Origin: an uncultured Clostridiaceae bacterium
GTDB lineage: Bacteria; Bacillota; Clostridia; TANB77; CAG-465
Direction of reading: 5' to 3'
DNA length: 64,000 nucleotides
Assembly: GCA_947169155.1 (NCBI GenBank)
Contig: CAMVON010000005.1
Location: 70,949-134,948, forward strand
Made by a program: the position numbers and the translations under genes. The number at the start of each line of letters is the position of its first letter. The first letter of the stretch is position 1. Shown here piece after piece: positions 19,611 to 29,519 of this stretch. The notes under the pieces were generated by a model. The model had not been told where the DNA came from, did no database searches, and worked only from the letters and a program-made list of their open reading frames with translations.

Positions 19611-20264
19611 ATGACAACACTATATTTAATTAGACATTCAATACGTTTTTCAAATTCAGATATTATAGAGTTTAAAACAACTCAACCACCATTATTACAA
19701 AGTGAGAAAAGTGTTTTAAGTGTAGAAGGAGAAAAACGTGCAGAAGTTCTTGCAAGTGTTGAAGAACTTAAAAATATAGATGTAGCATATGCAAGTAATT
19801 GTGTAAGAACACTTCAAACAGCTAAATATTTACTTAAAGCACAAAATTTAAAAATAACTTTAGATGAAAGATTAGATGAAAGAAGATTTGGAGAACCTAA
19901 TAGTGACGAGTTTCCAGACTGGTTTGAAAGACAATATTTAGATGAAAACTTTAAGACTATAGGCGGAGAATCTCAAAAAGATGTGCGTGAGAGGATGAAT
20001 GAAGCAATAACAGAAATTCTTAAAGAAAATGCTGGAAAAAGAATAGCTGTGTTTTCTCATGGATATGCTATTACTTTTTATCTTATGCAATGGTATAAGT
20101 TACTTAATGTAGATAGTGAGCAAAAGCTAACATTTGAGTATAAGGGAAAAATTGTATATGATAGGAAAATAAATGCTCCAGAAGTATTTAAACTAACTAT
20201 TGGAGATAATAATGAGGTTCAAAATATTGAAGTTATAGATATAGATTATAGCGAGGTAGAATAA
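19611..20264 (+). CDS. Histidine phosphatase family protein (phosphoglycerate mutase-like)
   Basis: N-terminal LYLIRHS and a later FSHGYAI motif. Confidence 0.55.
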   Translation: MTTLYLIRHSIRFSNSDIIEFKTTQPPLLQSEKSVLSVEGEKRAEVLASVEELKNIDVAYASNCVRTLQTAKYLLKAQNLKITLDERLDERRFGEPNSDEFPDWFERQYLDENFKTIGGESQKDVRERMNEAITEILKENAGKRIAVFSHGYAITFYLMQWYKLLNVDSEQKLTFEYKGKIVYDRKINAPEVFKLTIGDNNEVQNIEVIDIDYSEVE

Positions 20265-20695
20265 TGGAAAAAAGAGCAAATTTTCATATAACAGTTGAGC
20301 TATTATTAATTAAAGACAATAAAGTGCTAATGATTAAACGAAAAAACACAGGATATATGGATGGAATGTATGCACTTGTTGGTGGTCATGTAGAGATAAA
20401 TGAATCTTTTAAAGATGCTATGATTAGAGAAGCAAAAGAAGAGATTGGAATATCTTTAAATAAAGAAGATATGGACTATGTGTGTGCAATTCATACAGGA
20501 AGCAATAGTGAATATTTAAATTTATTTATAAAAGCAGACAATTATGAAGGAGAAATAATAAATACAGAACTAGATAAATGTGAAGAAATAGTGTGGATAG
20601 ATATAGATAATTTACCAGAAAACGTAATAGAAAATGACAGACGTGCTATATATAATTTAAATAGTGATATTTCATTTGATGAATATAATTTCTAA
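20264..20695 (+). CDS. NUDIX hydrolase
   Basis: Nudix box GGHVEINESFKDAMIREAKEEIGI. Confidence 0.75.
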   Translation: MEKRANFHITVELLLIKDNKVLMIKRKNTGYMDGMYALVGGHVEINESFKDAMIREAKEEIGISLNKEDMDYVCAIHTGSNSEYLNLFIKADNYEGEIINTELDKCEEIVWIDIDNLPENVIENDRRAIYNLNSDISFDEYNF

Positions 20696-20704
20696 ATTAA
20701 TACT

Positions 20705-20747
20705 ATGAGCAAGTAATATTGAATATTACTTGCTTTTATGGTATTCT
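20705..20747 (+). repeat. Conserved-stem terminator hairpin, copy 2 (AGCAAGTAATATT-G-AATATTACTTGCT then TTTTATGGTATTC)
   Basis: 13-bp perfect stem plus conserved tail. Confidence 0.75.
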
Positions 20748-20771
20748 TTTTTATATGATAAGGTGATATAA

Positions 20772-21815
20772 ATGACTATTGAAGAAGAAATATTTAAAAA
20801 ATCTAAACCAGTTGAAAAGAAACTACTAAAATATGGTTTCAAAAAAGAAGATATTGGATATATCTATTCTAAAAATATAATGAATGGAGATTTTAGAGTA
20901 GATGTAAGAGTAGTAGAAGATAGAGTTGAAGCAAAAGTAATAGATAACGCTTTTGGTGATGAATATACAAATTATAGAATAGAAGAATCAACTGGAGCAT
21001 TTGTTGGACAAGTTAGAGAAGAACTAGATTTATTACTTCGAGATATAAAAAAGCATTGTTTTGAGTCTAGTAATTTTACTTTTTCTCAAACTAATGAAAT
21101 TGTAAATTGCATTTTAGAAAAATATGGAGATGAAGTTGAATTTCCTTGGGATGATCCAAATGCAGATTCAGGAATTGTTAGAAATCCAGATTCACAAAAA
21201 TGGTATGGACTTTTTATGCCAATAGATAAATCTAAAATTGAAGATAAAGCAAGCGGTTTAGTTGAAGTTATGAATATTAAACTAGACCCTTCAGAAATAG
21301 ATGAACTTGTTAAAGAAGATGGCTTTTATAGAGCATATCATATGAATAAAAAGTATTGGATTACTATTATTTTAGATGGTACTGTTCCAACAGAAAGAAT
21401 AATGGAATTAATAGAGGAGAGTCATTCTTATACTGAAACTAGAAAAAAGACACAAGAGTGGATAATTCCTGCAAATCCAAAATATTTTGATATTTGTTCA
21501 CATTTTGATAGTCAAGATATAAATAACTGGAAACAAGGTGCAGGTGTTAAAAAAGGAGATATTGTATATATGTATGTTGGTGCTCCAAACTCTGCACTTA
21601 TGTATAAATGCCAAGTACTTGATACAGATATACCATATGAAAGTAAAAATAAACATGTGAAACTTAATGCAGTTATGAAACTTAAAATATTAAATAGATT
21701 TGGAAAAAATAGCATTCCTTTTTCTCGTATGAAAGAGCTAGGTGTTACAGCAGTTCGTGGACCTAGATATATGACAGAAGATTTGAAAAAAGAAGTAGAT
21801 AAAATAATAAAATAA
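20772..21815 (+). CDS. Two-domain protein: MmcQ/YjbR-like domain plus a C-terminal PUA-like (EVE/ASCH-like) domain
   Basis: The middle region WYGLFMPIDKSKI...YHMNKKYWITIILDG resembles MmcQ/YjbR. The C-terminus WIIPANPKYFD...KKGDIVYMYVGAP...YKCQV resembles the EVE/PUA-like pattern. Confidence 0.45.
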   Translation: MTIEEEIFKKSKPVEKKLLKYGFKKEDIGYIYSKNIMNGDFRVDVRVVEDRVEAKVIDNAFGDEYTNYRIEESTGAFVGQVREELDLLLRDIKKHCFESSNFTFSQTNEIVNCILEKYGDEVEFPWDDPNADSGIVRNPDSQKWYGLFMPIDKSKIEDKASGLVEVMNIKLDPSEIDELVKEDGFYRAYHMNKKYWITIILDGTVPTERIMELIEESHSYTETRKKTQEWIIPANPKYFDICSHFDSQDINNWKQGAGVKKGDIVYMYVGAPNSALMYKCQVLDTDIPYESKNKHVKLNAVMKLKILNRFGKNSIPFSRMKELGVTAVRGPRYMTEDLKKEVDKIIK

Positions 21816-21825
21816 TGGTGATATT

Positions 21826-22353
21826 ATGAAATATTTAAGAGTTATATTAAAGGATAATAAAAATGTTAATAATATAGAAGATTTTAAAGTAAAAAAAACA
21901 AGTGAGTATGCATTTTATGATCTTGTATACTTAAATAAAAATGGTGCAAGTATAACAGATGATACACTAAAAATTAGAGTTTACCAAAAAAACGAGTGGG
22001 ATTCAAAAGCAGTACTTGTGATACAAAAAAGAGCTACTTTAGAAAATGGAGCAAAAGTAGATAAAGTACTTACTCGTGAGCAGTTTGATACAGAAGAAGA
22101 GGCTTTAAAATTTGTAGAAAATAATCTTTCTCAAGATTATGAGTTTTCTTTTAAATTTTCAAAAACTGGAATTGAATATAAAAATGAAAATATTCGTGTG
22201 TGGGTGGAAGATGTAGAAAATATTGGAATTACACTCGAGTTAGAAGCAGAAAAAATAGATTCATTAAATGATTTTATCAAACATTTTAACGTTAAAGAGA
22301 GACTTAATATTTCTTTACCAGAGTATTATTATTTAAGATATATTAAGGCCTAG
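21826..22353 (+). CDS. Hypothetical protein (175 aa)
   Basis: ORF only; weak CYTH-like C-terminus but it lacks the N-terminal ExExK motif. Confidence 0.45.
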   Translation: MKYLRVILKDNKNVNNIEDFKVKKTSEYAFYDLVYLNKNGASITDDTLKIRVYQKNEWDSKAVLVIQKRATLENGAKVDKVLTREQFDTEEEALKFVENNLSQDYEFSFKFSKTGIEYKNENIRVWVEDVENIGITLELEAEKIDSLNDFIKHFNVKERLNISLPEYYYLRYIKA

Positions 22354-22363
22354 GAGGTATTTT

Positions 22364-23224
22364 ATGAGTAGTAAAACTATAGTAATTACAGGAGCAAGTG
22401 ATGGAATAGGAAAGGCTGCTGCAAAAGAGTTAGTTGGTTTAGGTCATGAAGTTATAATAGTTGGGCGTAATCCTCAAAAAACTAAAAAAGTGGCAGAAGA
22501 GCTTAATTGTAAATATTATCTTGCAGATTTTGCAGATTTTTCACAAGTAGTTAGTCTTGCTCATGAACTAAATAAATTAGAAAGAATAGATGTACTTGCC
22601 AATAATGCAGGTGCAGTTATTCCAAATTTTAGAACTACAATAGATAGAAATGAGATGACATTTCAAGTAAATGTTCTGTCTCCATTTTTACTTACTTATC
22701 TTCTTTTACCAAAGTTAAAAGAATCTCATGCAACAGTTATTCAAACATCTAGTGTTGCAGCTAATTTATTCTCTAGATATGATTTAGATGAACTGAATAT
22801 AACAGATTTTAGTATACAAGGAATAAGTTATGATGCATTTAGAGAATATGGTAATGCTAAACTTTGCAATATTTTATTTACTAGATGGCTAGATCATGAA
22901 TATAGAGAAAAAGGAATTAATTCAGTAGCATTTGAGCCAGGTGTTGTTAGAACAAATTTTGGAGCTGAAATGAAGGGAATAGTAAAACTAGGTTATCATA
23001 CACCAATAAAATATTTATTTACTATTTCTTCAGAAAGAAGTGCAAAACGTTTAGTATGGCTTGCAACAAGTACTGCAGATGAGGACTTTGAGTGCGGTAA
23101 AACATATAGTAAGCCTGCAAAAGAAATGAATGTAAAATTTGAAGATCCATACTTAGAAGAAGCACAAAAATTATGGAATAAGTGTTATAGTATAACTAAA
23201 GAAATAATAGAAAAAGAAAAATAA
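22364..23224 (+). CDS. SDR family oxidoreductase
   Basis: ITGASDGIGKA NAD(P)-binding motif; NNAG motif. Confidence 0.75.
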   Translation: MSSKTIVITGASDGIGKAAAKELVGLGHEVIIVGRNPQKTKKVAEELNCKYYLADFADFSQVVSLAHELNKLERIDVLANNAGAVIPNFRTTIDRNEMTFQVNVLSPFLLTYLLLPKLKESHATVIQTSSVAANLFSRYDLDELNITDFSIQGISYDAFREYGNAKLCNILFTRWLDHEYREKGINSVAFEPGVVRTNFGAEMKGIVKLGYHTPIKYLFTISSERSAKRLVWLATSTADEDFECGKTYSKPAKEMNVKFEDPYLEEAQKLWNKCYSITKEIIEKEK

Positions 23225-23238
23225 TTATGTAATTAAAT

Positions 23239-23282
23239 TGCGAGTATTTGTTGAAAAGTACTCGCTTTTATGTTATTATATA
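23239..23282 (+). repeat. Terminator hairpin, variant copy (GCGAGTA...TACTCGC then TTTTATGTTATTATA)
   Basis: The stem differs from the consensus by A to G; the tail is identical. Confidence 0.6.
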
Positions 23283-23520
23283 ACGCGAAATTTAAAAATA
23301 GGAAGGAGTGGTAGATAAAATCTACTAAATTATGACTATAATTCCTAAATTATATGTATAAATAATACATAGATACGAAAAATATATTTTTCTTTTTATT
23401 TATGCAATTACTATTATTTAGAATTATAGTATATGTCTTTATATACATAATGTTGAATAAAGTTTAGCATTATGATATATATTAATTGTTAAATTAATAT
23501 GAATTATAGGAGGGAAATTT

Positions 23521-24849
23521 ATGAAAGAAATTACAAATGACTTCTTAAAAGAAGTAACAGAAGACTATTTAAGTAAAGATGTATACACAATTGCAAGAGG
23601 AGCATTATCTAATTCAGATGTGACAAAGCTTGTTGAAAATAAAGGTGAGTATAATAAAACTCGTCCAATGTTTTCTGTAGAGATACAAACATTACCAGTT
23701 TGTAATCAAAAGAAGAGTGGAAGATGTTGGATATTTGCAGGACTTAATGTTTTAAGAGAAATAATTGGTAAAAAATATAATCTAGAAAAATTTGAATTAT
23801 CTCAAAGCTATATTGCTTTTTGGGACAAACTAGAAAAATGTAATTTTTTACTTGAAACTGTAATGAGTCTTTTAGAAGTGGATAAAGATGATAGAACTTT
23901 AGTACATGTACTATCTAATGGTATAGAAGATGGCGGACAATGGGATATGTTTGTAAACATTGTTAACAAATATGGTGTTGTTCCACAAGATGCTTTTCCT
24001 GAAACTTATCAAAGTTCAAATAGTAGAGATATAAATAGAGTTTTAAATAGACTAATTCGTAAATTTGCGTATGACGCAAGACATGAATTTAGTGGAGATA
24101 TGGAGCCAATTAGAGCTAAAAAAGAGTCTTTAATGAAAGATATTTATAAAGCTTTATGCAGTGCTTATGGAGTTCCACCAAAATCATTTACTTTTGAAAC
24201 TGTAAATAAAGATACTTATGAATATAAACGTGAGAGAAATGTTACTCCTCATGAGTTTGTAAGAAACTTTTTAGAAATTGACTTAAATGATTATGTAAGT
24301 ATTATAAATAGCCCTACAGATGATAAGCCTTTCAATAATACATTTACTGTTAAACATTTAGGAAATGTTGTTGAAGGAAACAGAGTAAAATATTTAAATC
24401 TAGAAATGCCAAGATTTAAAGAATTGGTTATTTCACAACTAAAAGACAAAGAAGTAGTTTGGTTTGGAAGTGATTGCTCAAAATATGGTGGCAGAGATGT
24501 AGGCTTATGGGATGATAAAACATATGATACAGATACTTTATTCCAAGTTAATTCTAAAATGACTAAAGAGGCAATGCTAGATTCAAGAGAGTCTGCAATG
24601 AACCATGCTATGGTTATTACTGGGGTAGATTTAGTGGATAACAAATCTACAAAATGGAAAATAGAAAATAGCTGGGGAGAAGATATTGCATATGAAGGCT
24701 ATTATGTAGCATCAGATTCTTGGTTTGATAACTATGTTTACCAAGCTGTTGTAAATAAAAAATATTTATCTGAGGAAGAACTAGCTATGTTAAAACAAGA
24801 ACCTATTGAACTAAATCCATGGGATCCAATGGGAACTTTAGCAAAATAA
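23521..24849 (+). CDS. pepC: Aminopeptidase C (bleomycin hydrolase, C1B cysteine peptidase)
   Basis: Active-site region QKKSGRCWIFAGLNVLRE; 442 aa. Confidence 0.85.
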   Translation: MKEITNDFLKEVTEDYLSKDVYTIARGALSNSDVTKLVENKGEYNKTRPMFSVEIQTLPVCNQKKSGRCWIFAGLNVLREIIGKKYNLEKFELSQSYIAFWDKLEKCNFLLETVMSLLEVDKDDRTLVHVLSNGIEDGGQWDMFVNIVNKYGVVPQDAFPETYQSSNSRDINRVLNRLIRKFAYDARHEFSGDMEPIRAKKESLMKDIYKALCSAYGVPPKSFTFETVNKDTYEYKRERNVTPHEFVRNFLEIDLNDYVSIINSPTDDKPFNNTFTVKHLGNVVEGNRVKYLNLEMPRFKELVISQLKDKEVVWFGSDCSKYGGRDVGLWDDKTYDTDTLFQVNSKMTKEAMLDSRESAMNHAMVITGVDLVDNKSTKWKIENSWGEDIAYEGYYVASDSWFDNYVYQAVVNKKYLSEEELAMLKQEPIELNPWDPMGTLAK

Positions 24850-24923
24850 TGAAAAACTCTTGCAAGACACAAAAAATTGTAATAAAATAAGGGTTGGATA
24901 AATATAAGAAAGGGGTATTTATT

Positions 24924-25811
24924 ATGAACGAAAAAATGTTAGAAATGATGAAAGACAAAAGAGGATTTATTGCAGCACTAGACCAATCTGGTGGAAGTAG
25001 CTCAAAAACTTTAAAAGCTTATGGAATTAATGAGGACCAATATTCTACTGAAGAAGAAATGTTTGACCTTATTCATGAAATGAGAAAAAGAGTATTTACT
25101 AGTAAATCATTTACTAGCGACCATATCATTGGAGCAATACTTTTTGAAAAAACAATGAATTCAAAAATTGGAGATGAATATACATCTGAATATCTATGGA
25201 ATGAAAAAGGAATTCTTTCATTCTTAAAAGTAGATAAAGGACTACAAGACGAGGCAAATGGAGTTAAACTTATGAAAGAAATTCCTAACCTTGCTGAACA
25301 ATGTAAAGTAGCTGTTGGACACAATGTATTTGGTACAAAAATGCGTTCAGTAATATATGAACCAAATAGAGAAGGAATTAAAGCAATTGTTAAACAACAA
25401 TTTGAATTTGCAAAAGTTATTTGTGATAATGGACTAGTTCCAATTATTGAACCTGAAGTAGATATTCATGCTCCAGAAAAAGAACTATGCGAATCAATGC
25501 TTAAAGAAGAAATCAAAGAAGTTTTAAACACTTGGGATATGAACGATAAAATCATGTTTAAATTCACAATTCCTACAGTTGAAAACTTATATCTTGATCT
25601 TTATGACTACGAATGTGTAGTAAGAATTGTTGCTCTATCTGGTGGATATAGTGTAGATGAAGCTGTAGAAAAACTAGCTAAAAACCACAGAATGATTGCA
25701 AGTTTCTCAAGAGCTTTATTACAAGACTTAAGAGTAAATCAAACTCAAGAAGAATTTGATAAAATATTAGGAGATGTAATTGTTAAAATATACAATGCTT
25801 CTATAGACTAA
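24924..25811 (+). CDS. fda: Class I fructose-bisphosphate aldolase
   Basis: MNEKMLEMMKDKRGFIAALDQSGGSS N-terminus typical of the Gram-positive class I FBA. RBS AAAGGGG before the ATG at 24924. Confidence 0.8.
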   Translation: MNEKMLEMMKDKRGFIAALDQSGGSSSKTLKAYGINEDQYSTEEEMFDLIHEMRKRVFTSKSFTSDHIIGAILFEKTMNSKIGDEYTSEYLWNEKGILSFLKVDKGLQDEANGVKLMKEIPNLAEQCKVAVGHNVFGTKMRSVIYEPNREGIKAIVKQQFEFAKVICDNGLVPIIEPEVDIHAPEKELCESMLKEEIKEVLNTWDMNDKIMFKFTIPTVENLYLDLYDYECVVRIVALSGGYSVDEAVEKLAKNHRMIASFSRALLQDLRVNQTQEEFDKILGDVIVKIYNASID

Positions 25812-25831
25812 TAAATATAAAAATGAAACAA

Positions 25832-25868
25832 AGGCAAGTAATTAATTTTACTTGCTTTTTTTTTTCTA
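25832..25868 (+). repeat. Conserved-stem terminator hairpin, copy 3 (GCAAGTAA-TTAA-TTTTACTTGC plus a T10 run)
   Basis: Read directly. Confidence 0.65.
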
Positions 25869-25926
25869 AAGTAGTTGAAATTTCATATAAAGTTTGGTAA
25901 AAAAATTAAAAAAGAGAGGATATACT

Positions 25927-26862
25927 ATGAAAAAAAGACAAGATATATATGATTTATATTGGTATTTTGCAGCAGAAAGACAAAGTATTTTTGAAAAGAA
26001 AAAGCAAGGATTAATGGCTCCTTGGACAGAAGATAAGATTTTGCAAGAATATAAGTTTTGCAATAGTTATAGAGTAAATGATAGAGTAAGTCAGTATTTA
26101 TTAAAGCATGTAATATATAATGGAAAAGAATATAGTGCAGAAGATACAATATTTAGAATTATTCTTTTTAAGATATTTAATAAAGAAAGTACATGGGAGA
26201 CACTAGTTAATGCTTTTGGAGATGTGACACTAAAATCTTTTGATGTAGACAAATATTCTAAAGTGTTAGAAGAGGAAATATTTAAAGAAAATGCAATATA
26301 TAATGATGCATATATTTCTTGCGCAAATAAAGCATTTGGATATGATAGAAAACATGAAAATCACTTGGCGCTACTTTCAAAAATGTTTTTTGAAGATAGA
26401 ATGCAAGATAAAATACTATCTTGTAGGACGATGGAAGAAGCATTTAATATTATTAAGTCTTATCCTTTAATTGGTAATTTTATGGCTTATCAACTTGTTA
26501 CAGATATAAATTATAGTGATGTTGTAGATTGGTCTGAGTCAGAATTTACTGTTGCAGGTCCTGGTTCTCATAGAGGTATCGAAAAATGTTTTAAGGATAA
26601 AAGTAAACTTTCAGATGAAGATATAATTAAATATATGTATGAGCATCAAGATGAAGAGTTTAAAAGACTTGGTTTAAACTTTGAAAGAATAGGAAATAGG
26701 CCACTTCAGTTAATAGATTGTCAAAATTTATTTTGTGAACTAGATAAATATTTAAGACAAGCAAAACCTGAACTTAAATCTAATAGAACAAAAATAAAGA
26801 AAAAGTATGTTCCAAAAGTGGAGAAAATAGATTATTTTTATCCACCTAAATGGAGAATATAA
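25927..26862 (+). CDS. Orphan alpha-helical hypothetical protein (312 aa)
   Basis: RBS AGAGAGGA before the ATG at 25927. Conserved-looking block EYKFCNSYRVNDRVSQYL; no assignable family from sequence alone. Confidence 0.5.
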   Translation: MKKRQDIYDLYWYFAAERQSIFEKKKQGLMAPWTEDKILQEYKFCNSYRVNDRVSQYLLKHVIYNGKEYSAEDTIFRIILFKIFNKESTWETLVNAFGDVTLKSFDVDKYSKVLEEEIFKENAIYNDAYISCANKAFGYDRKHENHLALLSKMFFEDRMQDKILSCRTMEEAFNIIKSYPLIGNFMAYQLVTDINYSDVVDWSESEFTVAGPGSHRGIEKCFKDKSKLSDEDIIKYMYEHQDEEFKRLGLNFERIGNRPLQLIDCQNLFCELDKYLRQAKPELKSNRTKIKKKYVPKVEKIDYFYPPKWRI

Positions 26863-26873
26863 TAATTATTTAA

Positions 26874-26915
26874 AAAAGCAAGTAGCTGTTGTAAGTTACT
26901 TGCTTTTGTGCTATT
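26874..26915 (+). repeat. Conserved-stem terminator hairpin, copy 4 (AGCAAGTA-12 nt loop-TACTTGCT then TTTGTGCTATTA)
   Basis: Read directly. Confidence 0.65.
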
Positions 26916-26947
26916 ATTTTAGTGAAAAAGTAGGAGAAAATGTTTTT

Positions 26948-27634
26948 ATGTTAAAAAAACTAAAAGTGGAAAACAAGAATATATCCATATACTATAATGA
27001 ACAAATAAGTAGTAATTCATTACCTGTAGTATATTTTAATTCATTTGAAGAGGATGGAGAAAAAATATATGATTTAACAGATAAAAATTATATTTTTGTT
27101 AGTATTTCAAATGTAGATTGGAACAAAGAAATGTCTCCATGGTTTATGGAAAAACTTTTTAAAAGTGATTCAGATTATACAGGTCATGCAGATGAATATT
27201 TAAATGAATTAATTAATAACATTATTCCAGAAGTAGAGAAAATAATACGAAATATTGGATATAATATTTCATATAGTGCACTTTGTGGATATTCGCTTGC
27301 AGGACTTTTTAGTGTATATGCAATGTATAAAACAGACTGCTTTTTAAAAATTGCAAGTTGCTCTGGTTCGTTATGGTACCCGGGATTTGTTCAATTTGCC
27401 AAAGAGAACGATTTTTCTTCAAAAGTTGAAACTTTATACTTCTCACTTGGAAATAAAGAAAAAAATACTAAAAATGAACTTATGAGTAAAGTAGAAGAAG
27501 AAACGATCAATCTTTATAAGTATTATAAATCACAAGGAATAGATTGTATTTATGAAGAAAATGAAGGAAATCACTTTGTAGATGTAGAAGAAAGAATTGC
27601 AAATGGTATTAAATATTTAGTAAAGGAGAATTAG
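26948..27634 (+). CDS. Alpha/beta hydrolase (esterase, enterochelin-esterase-like)
   Basis: GYSLAGLF nucleophile elbow (GxSxG); RBS TAGGAG before the ATG at 26948. Confidence 0.65.
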   Translation: MLKKLKVENKNISIYYNEQISSNSLPVVYFNSFEEDGEKIYDLTDKNYIFVSISNVDWNKEMSPWFMEKLFKSDSDYTGHADEYLNELINNIIPEVEKIIRNIGYNISYSALCGYSLAGLFSVYAMYKTDCFLKIASCSGSLWYPGFVQFAKENDFSSKVETLYFSLGNKEKNTKNELMSKVEEETINLYKYYKSQGIDCIYEENEGNHFVDVEERIANGIKYLVKEN

Positions 27635-27635
27635 T

Positions 27636-27992
27636 ATGAATTATAGTTATATAATGGGTGTAGATAATGTGGATAGTTTAGATAGAGCTAAATTTGATAT
27701 TGAAGAAATAGATGGAGACTATGGAGTTTCTTTCGAAGATGATTATATTGAAGAATATGAAGAATTTATTAAAGAAAATCTAAGACCTACATATTGGAAT
27801 GAATATTTAGGTGAAGAGATTGTATTTATATTTAAGATGGATAATGGAAGCATTAAAAGAATAGTTAGAGATGAATTAAATGATGATGAAATACTAGATC
27901 TTTGTAGGAAGTTTGCAGGAGTAGATTTTGAAGATGTAGACTCAATGCTAAATGATAATGATTTTTATGCAAGAACATATTTTAGAGAGTAG
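27636..27992 (+). CDS. Small highly acidic hypothetical protein
   Basis: 118 aa, very D/E-rich; its end overlaps the start of the next gene. Confidence 0.45.
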   Translation: MNYSYIMGVDNVDSLDRAKFDIEEIDGDYGVSFEDDYIEEYEEFIKENLRPTYWNEYLGEEIVFIFKMDNGSIKRIVRDELNDDEILDLCRKFAGVDFEDVDSMLNDNDFYARTYFRE

Positions 27993-28005
27993 AAAGGCGG
28001 TTTTA

Positions 28006-28743
28006 ATGCAAAATATTAAGCTAAAAGGAATAAAAAATGTAAGAGATATAGGTGGCATTAAAATTAATGGTAGGATTTTAAAAAACAAATTACTTATACG
28101 TGGTCAATCGCTATATTATGCTTCATTTGAAGATATAAAAACGTTAGTAGATAAGTATAACGTCAAAAAAGTGATAGATTTAAGAACAGATATGGAAGTG
28201 TCAAGAAAACCAGATGTAGAAATTAAGGATGTTGAATATTGTCATATACCTATATTTAATAGAGAAGTACCTGGTATAACTAATCATACTAGTAATCAAA
28301 TTATAGATTTTTCTAATATTTATACTGGTATGCTTAAAGAAGAATATCTTAAAAATATTTCTAAAATTATAAAAGAGATAATATATACAGAGGGGTGTGT
28401 ATATTATCATTGTAGCGAAGGAAAAGATAGAACTGGTATTATTTCAATGATTTTATTGTTAATACTTGGTGCAAAAAAAGAAGATATTTTACAAGATTAT
28501 TTATATACCAATGTTGTTAATAGTTATAAAGCAAATAAATATTACTTTTTAACTTTAATTACTACAATGAATAAAAATAAAGCTTCAAATATTAAGTCTT
28601 TTTATTTAGCAAAAGAGGAATATCTTAAATCTGCACTTGATGTTATAGAAAAAAAGTATAATGGAATAGAGGATTTTGCTTTAAGAGGACTTAAACTTAC
28701 ACAAGAAGAGATAGAAAATTTTAGAAATAAATGTTTAATATAA
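28006..28743 (+). CDS. Cys-based protein tyrosine/dual-specificity phosphatase
   Basis: CX5R active-site loop HCSEGKDRTG; RBS GAAAGGCGG before the ATG at 28006. Confidence 0.75.
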   Translation: MQNIKLKGIKNVRDIGGIKINGRILKNKLLIRGQSLYYASFEDIKTLVDKYNVKKVIDLRTDMEVSRKPDVEIKDVEYCHIPIFNREVPGITNHTSNQIIDFSNIYTGMLKEEYLKNISKIIKEIIYTEGCVYYHCSEGKDRTGIISMILLLILGAKKEDILQDYLYTNVVNSYKANKYYFLTLITTMNKNKASNIKSFYLAKEEYLKSALDVIEKKYNGIEDFALRGLKLTQEEIENFRNKCLI

Positions 28744-28762
28744 CAAAGTGAAGGAGATAATA

Positions 28763-29299
28763 ATGCCTAAAATAATAAGTGAAGAAACAAAATATGAAGG
28801 TCCAAGATTTAATGTTGTACAAAGAATTTATGAAGATGAAGAAACTCAAAAACAATATATAAGAGATTCTGTAGAGCTTTTGCCTGCAGCAATGATTTTA
28901 CCTATTACAGATAATAACGAAGTTGTGTTTATTAAGCAATTTAGAGAAGTGCTTGGAAAAGAAACATTAGAACTTCCAGCAGGAATTATTGAAAAAGGAG
29001 AAGAACCTATAGTTGCTGCAAAAAGAGAACTTGAAGAAGAAACAGGTCTTGTTGCAGGAAAAATAGAACCACTTACTGAAGTATTTTCTTCATGTGGTTA
29101 TAGTAATGAAAAATTATATATGTTTTATGCTAAAGATTTAAGTTTAGGACAAAAAAGATTAGATGATGATGAACATATTGGTGATATAGTAAAAATACCA
29201 ATGGAAGAATGTATAGAACTAGTTAAGAAAAATTATTTTGAACATGCAAATCAAAATGTATGTCTTATGTTATATTATTTAAAATATGTAGCAAAATAA
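28763..29299 (+). CDS. NUDIX hydrolase, ADP-ribose pyrophosphatase-like
   Basis: Nudix box GIIEKGEEPIVAAKRELEEETGL; RBS AAGGAG before the ATG at 28763. Confidence 0.75.
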   Translation: MPKIISEETKYEGPRFNVVQRIYEDEETQKQYIRDSVELLPAAMILPITDNNEVVFIKQFREVLGKETLELPAGIIEKGEEPIVAAKRELEEETGLVAGKIEPLTEVFSSCGYSNEKLYMFYAKDLSLGQKRLDDDEHIGDIVKIPMEECIELVKKNYFEHANQNVCLMLYYLKYVAK

Positions 29300-29318
29300 T
29301 ATATTTATGTAATTTAAA

Positions 29319-29360
29319 AGAGCAAGTAGTACTTGAAAACTACTTGCTTTTATGTTATCA
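29319..29360 (+). repeat. Conserved-stem terminator hairpin, copy 5 (AGCAAGTAGT-ACTTGAAA-ACTACTTGCT then TTTATGTTATCA)
   Basis: 10-bp perfect stem plus conserved tail. Confidence 0.75.
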
Positions 29361-29519
29361 TATTAACGTAAAAGAGAGGAGAATTGAATTGATATTTCAA
29401 GGAGAATAGGTAATAGAAATTAATATTATTTATTAAAATTATGCATAAAAGGAGCACATCATTGAAAAAACAAACATATATTGCATAGTAATTTAAAATT
29501 TTTTAAATGAAAGGGTGAT

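Noticed and set aside
21826-22353. CYTH (CyaB/thiamine triphosphatase) assignment for the 175-aa ORF
   Set aside because: The C-terminal region is vaguely CYTH-like, but the N-terminal ExExK signature is absent.
23283-23520. 238-nt AT-rich spacer upstream of pepC, checked for a small RNA or riboswitch
   Set aside because: It contains only short imperfect dyads and one 9-codon ORF without an RBS. There are no conserved riboswitch hallmarks, so it is most likely a promoter and UP-element region.
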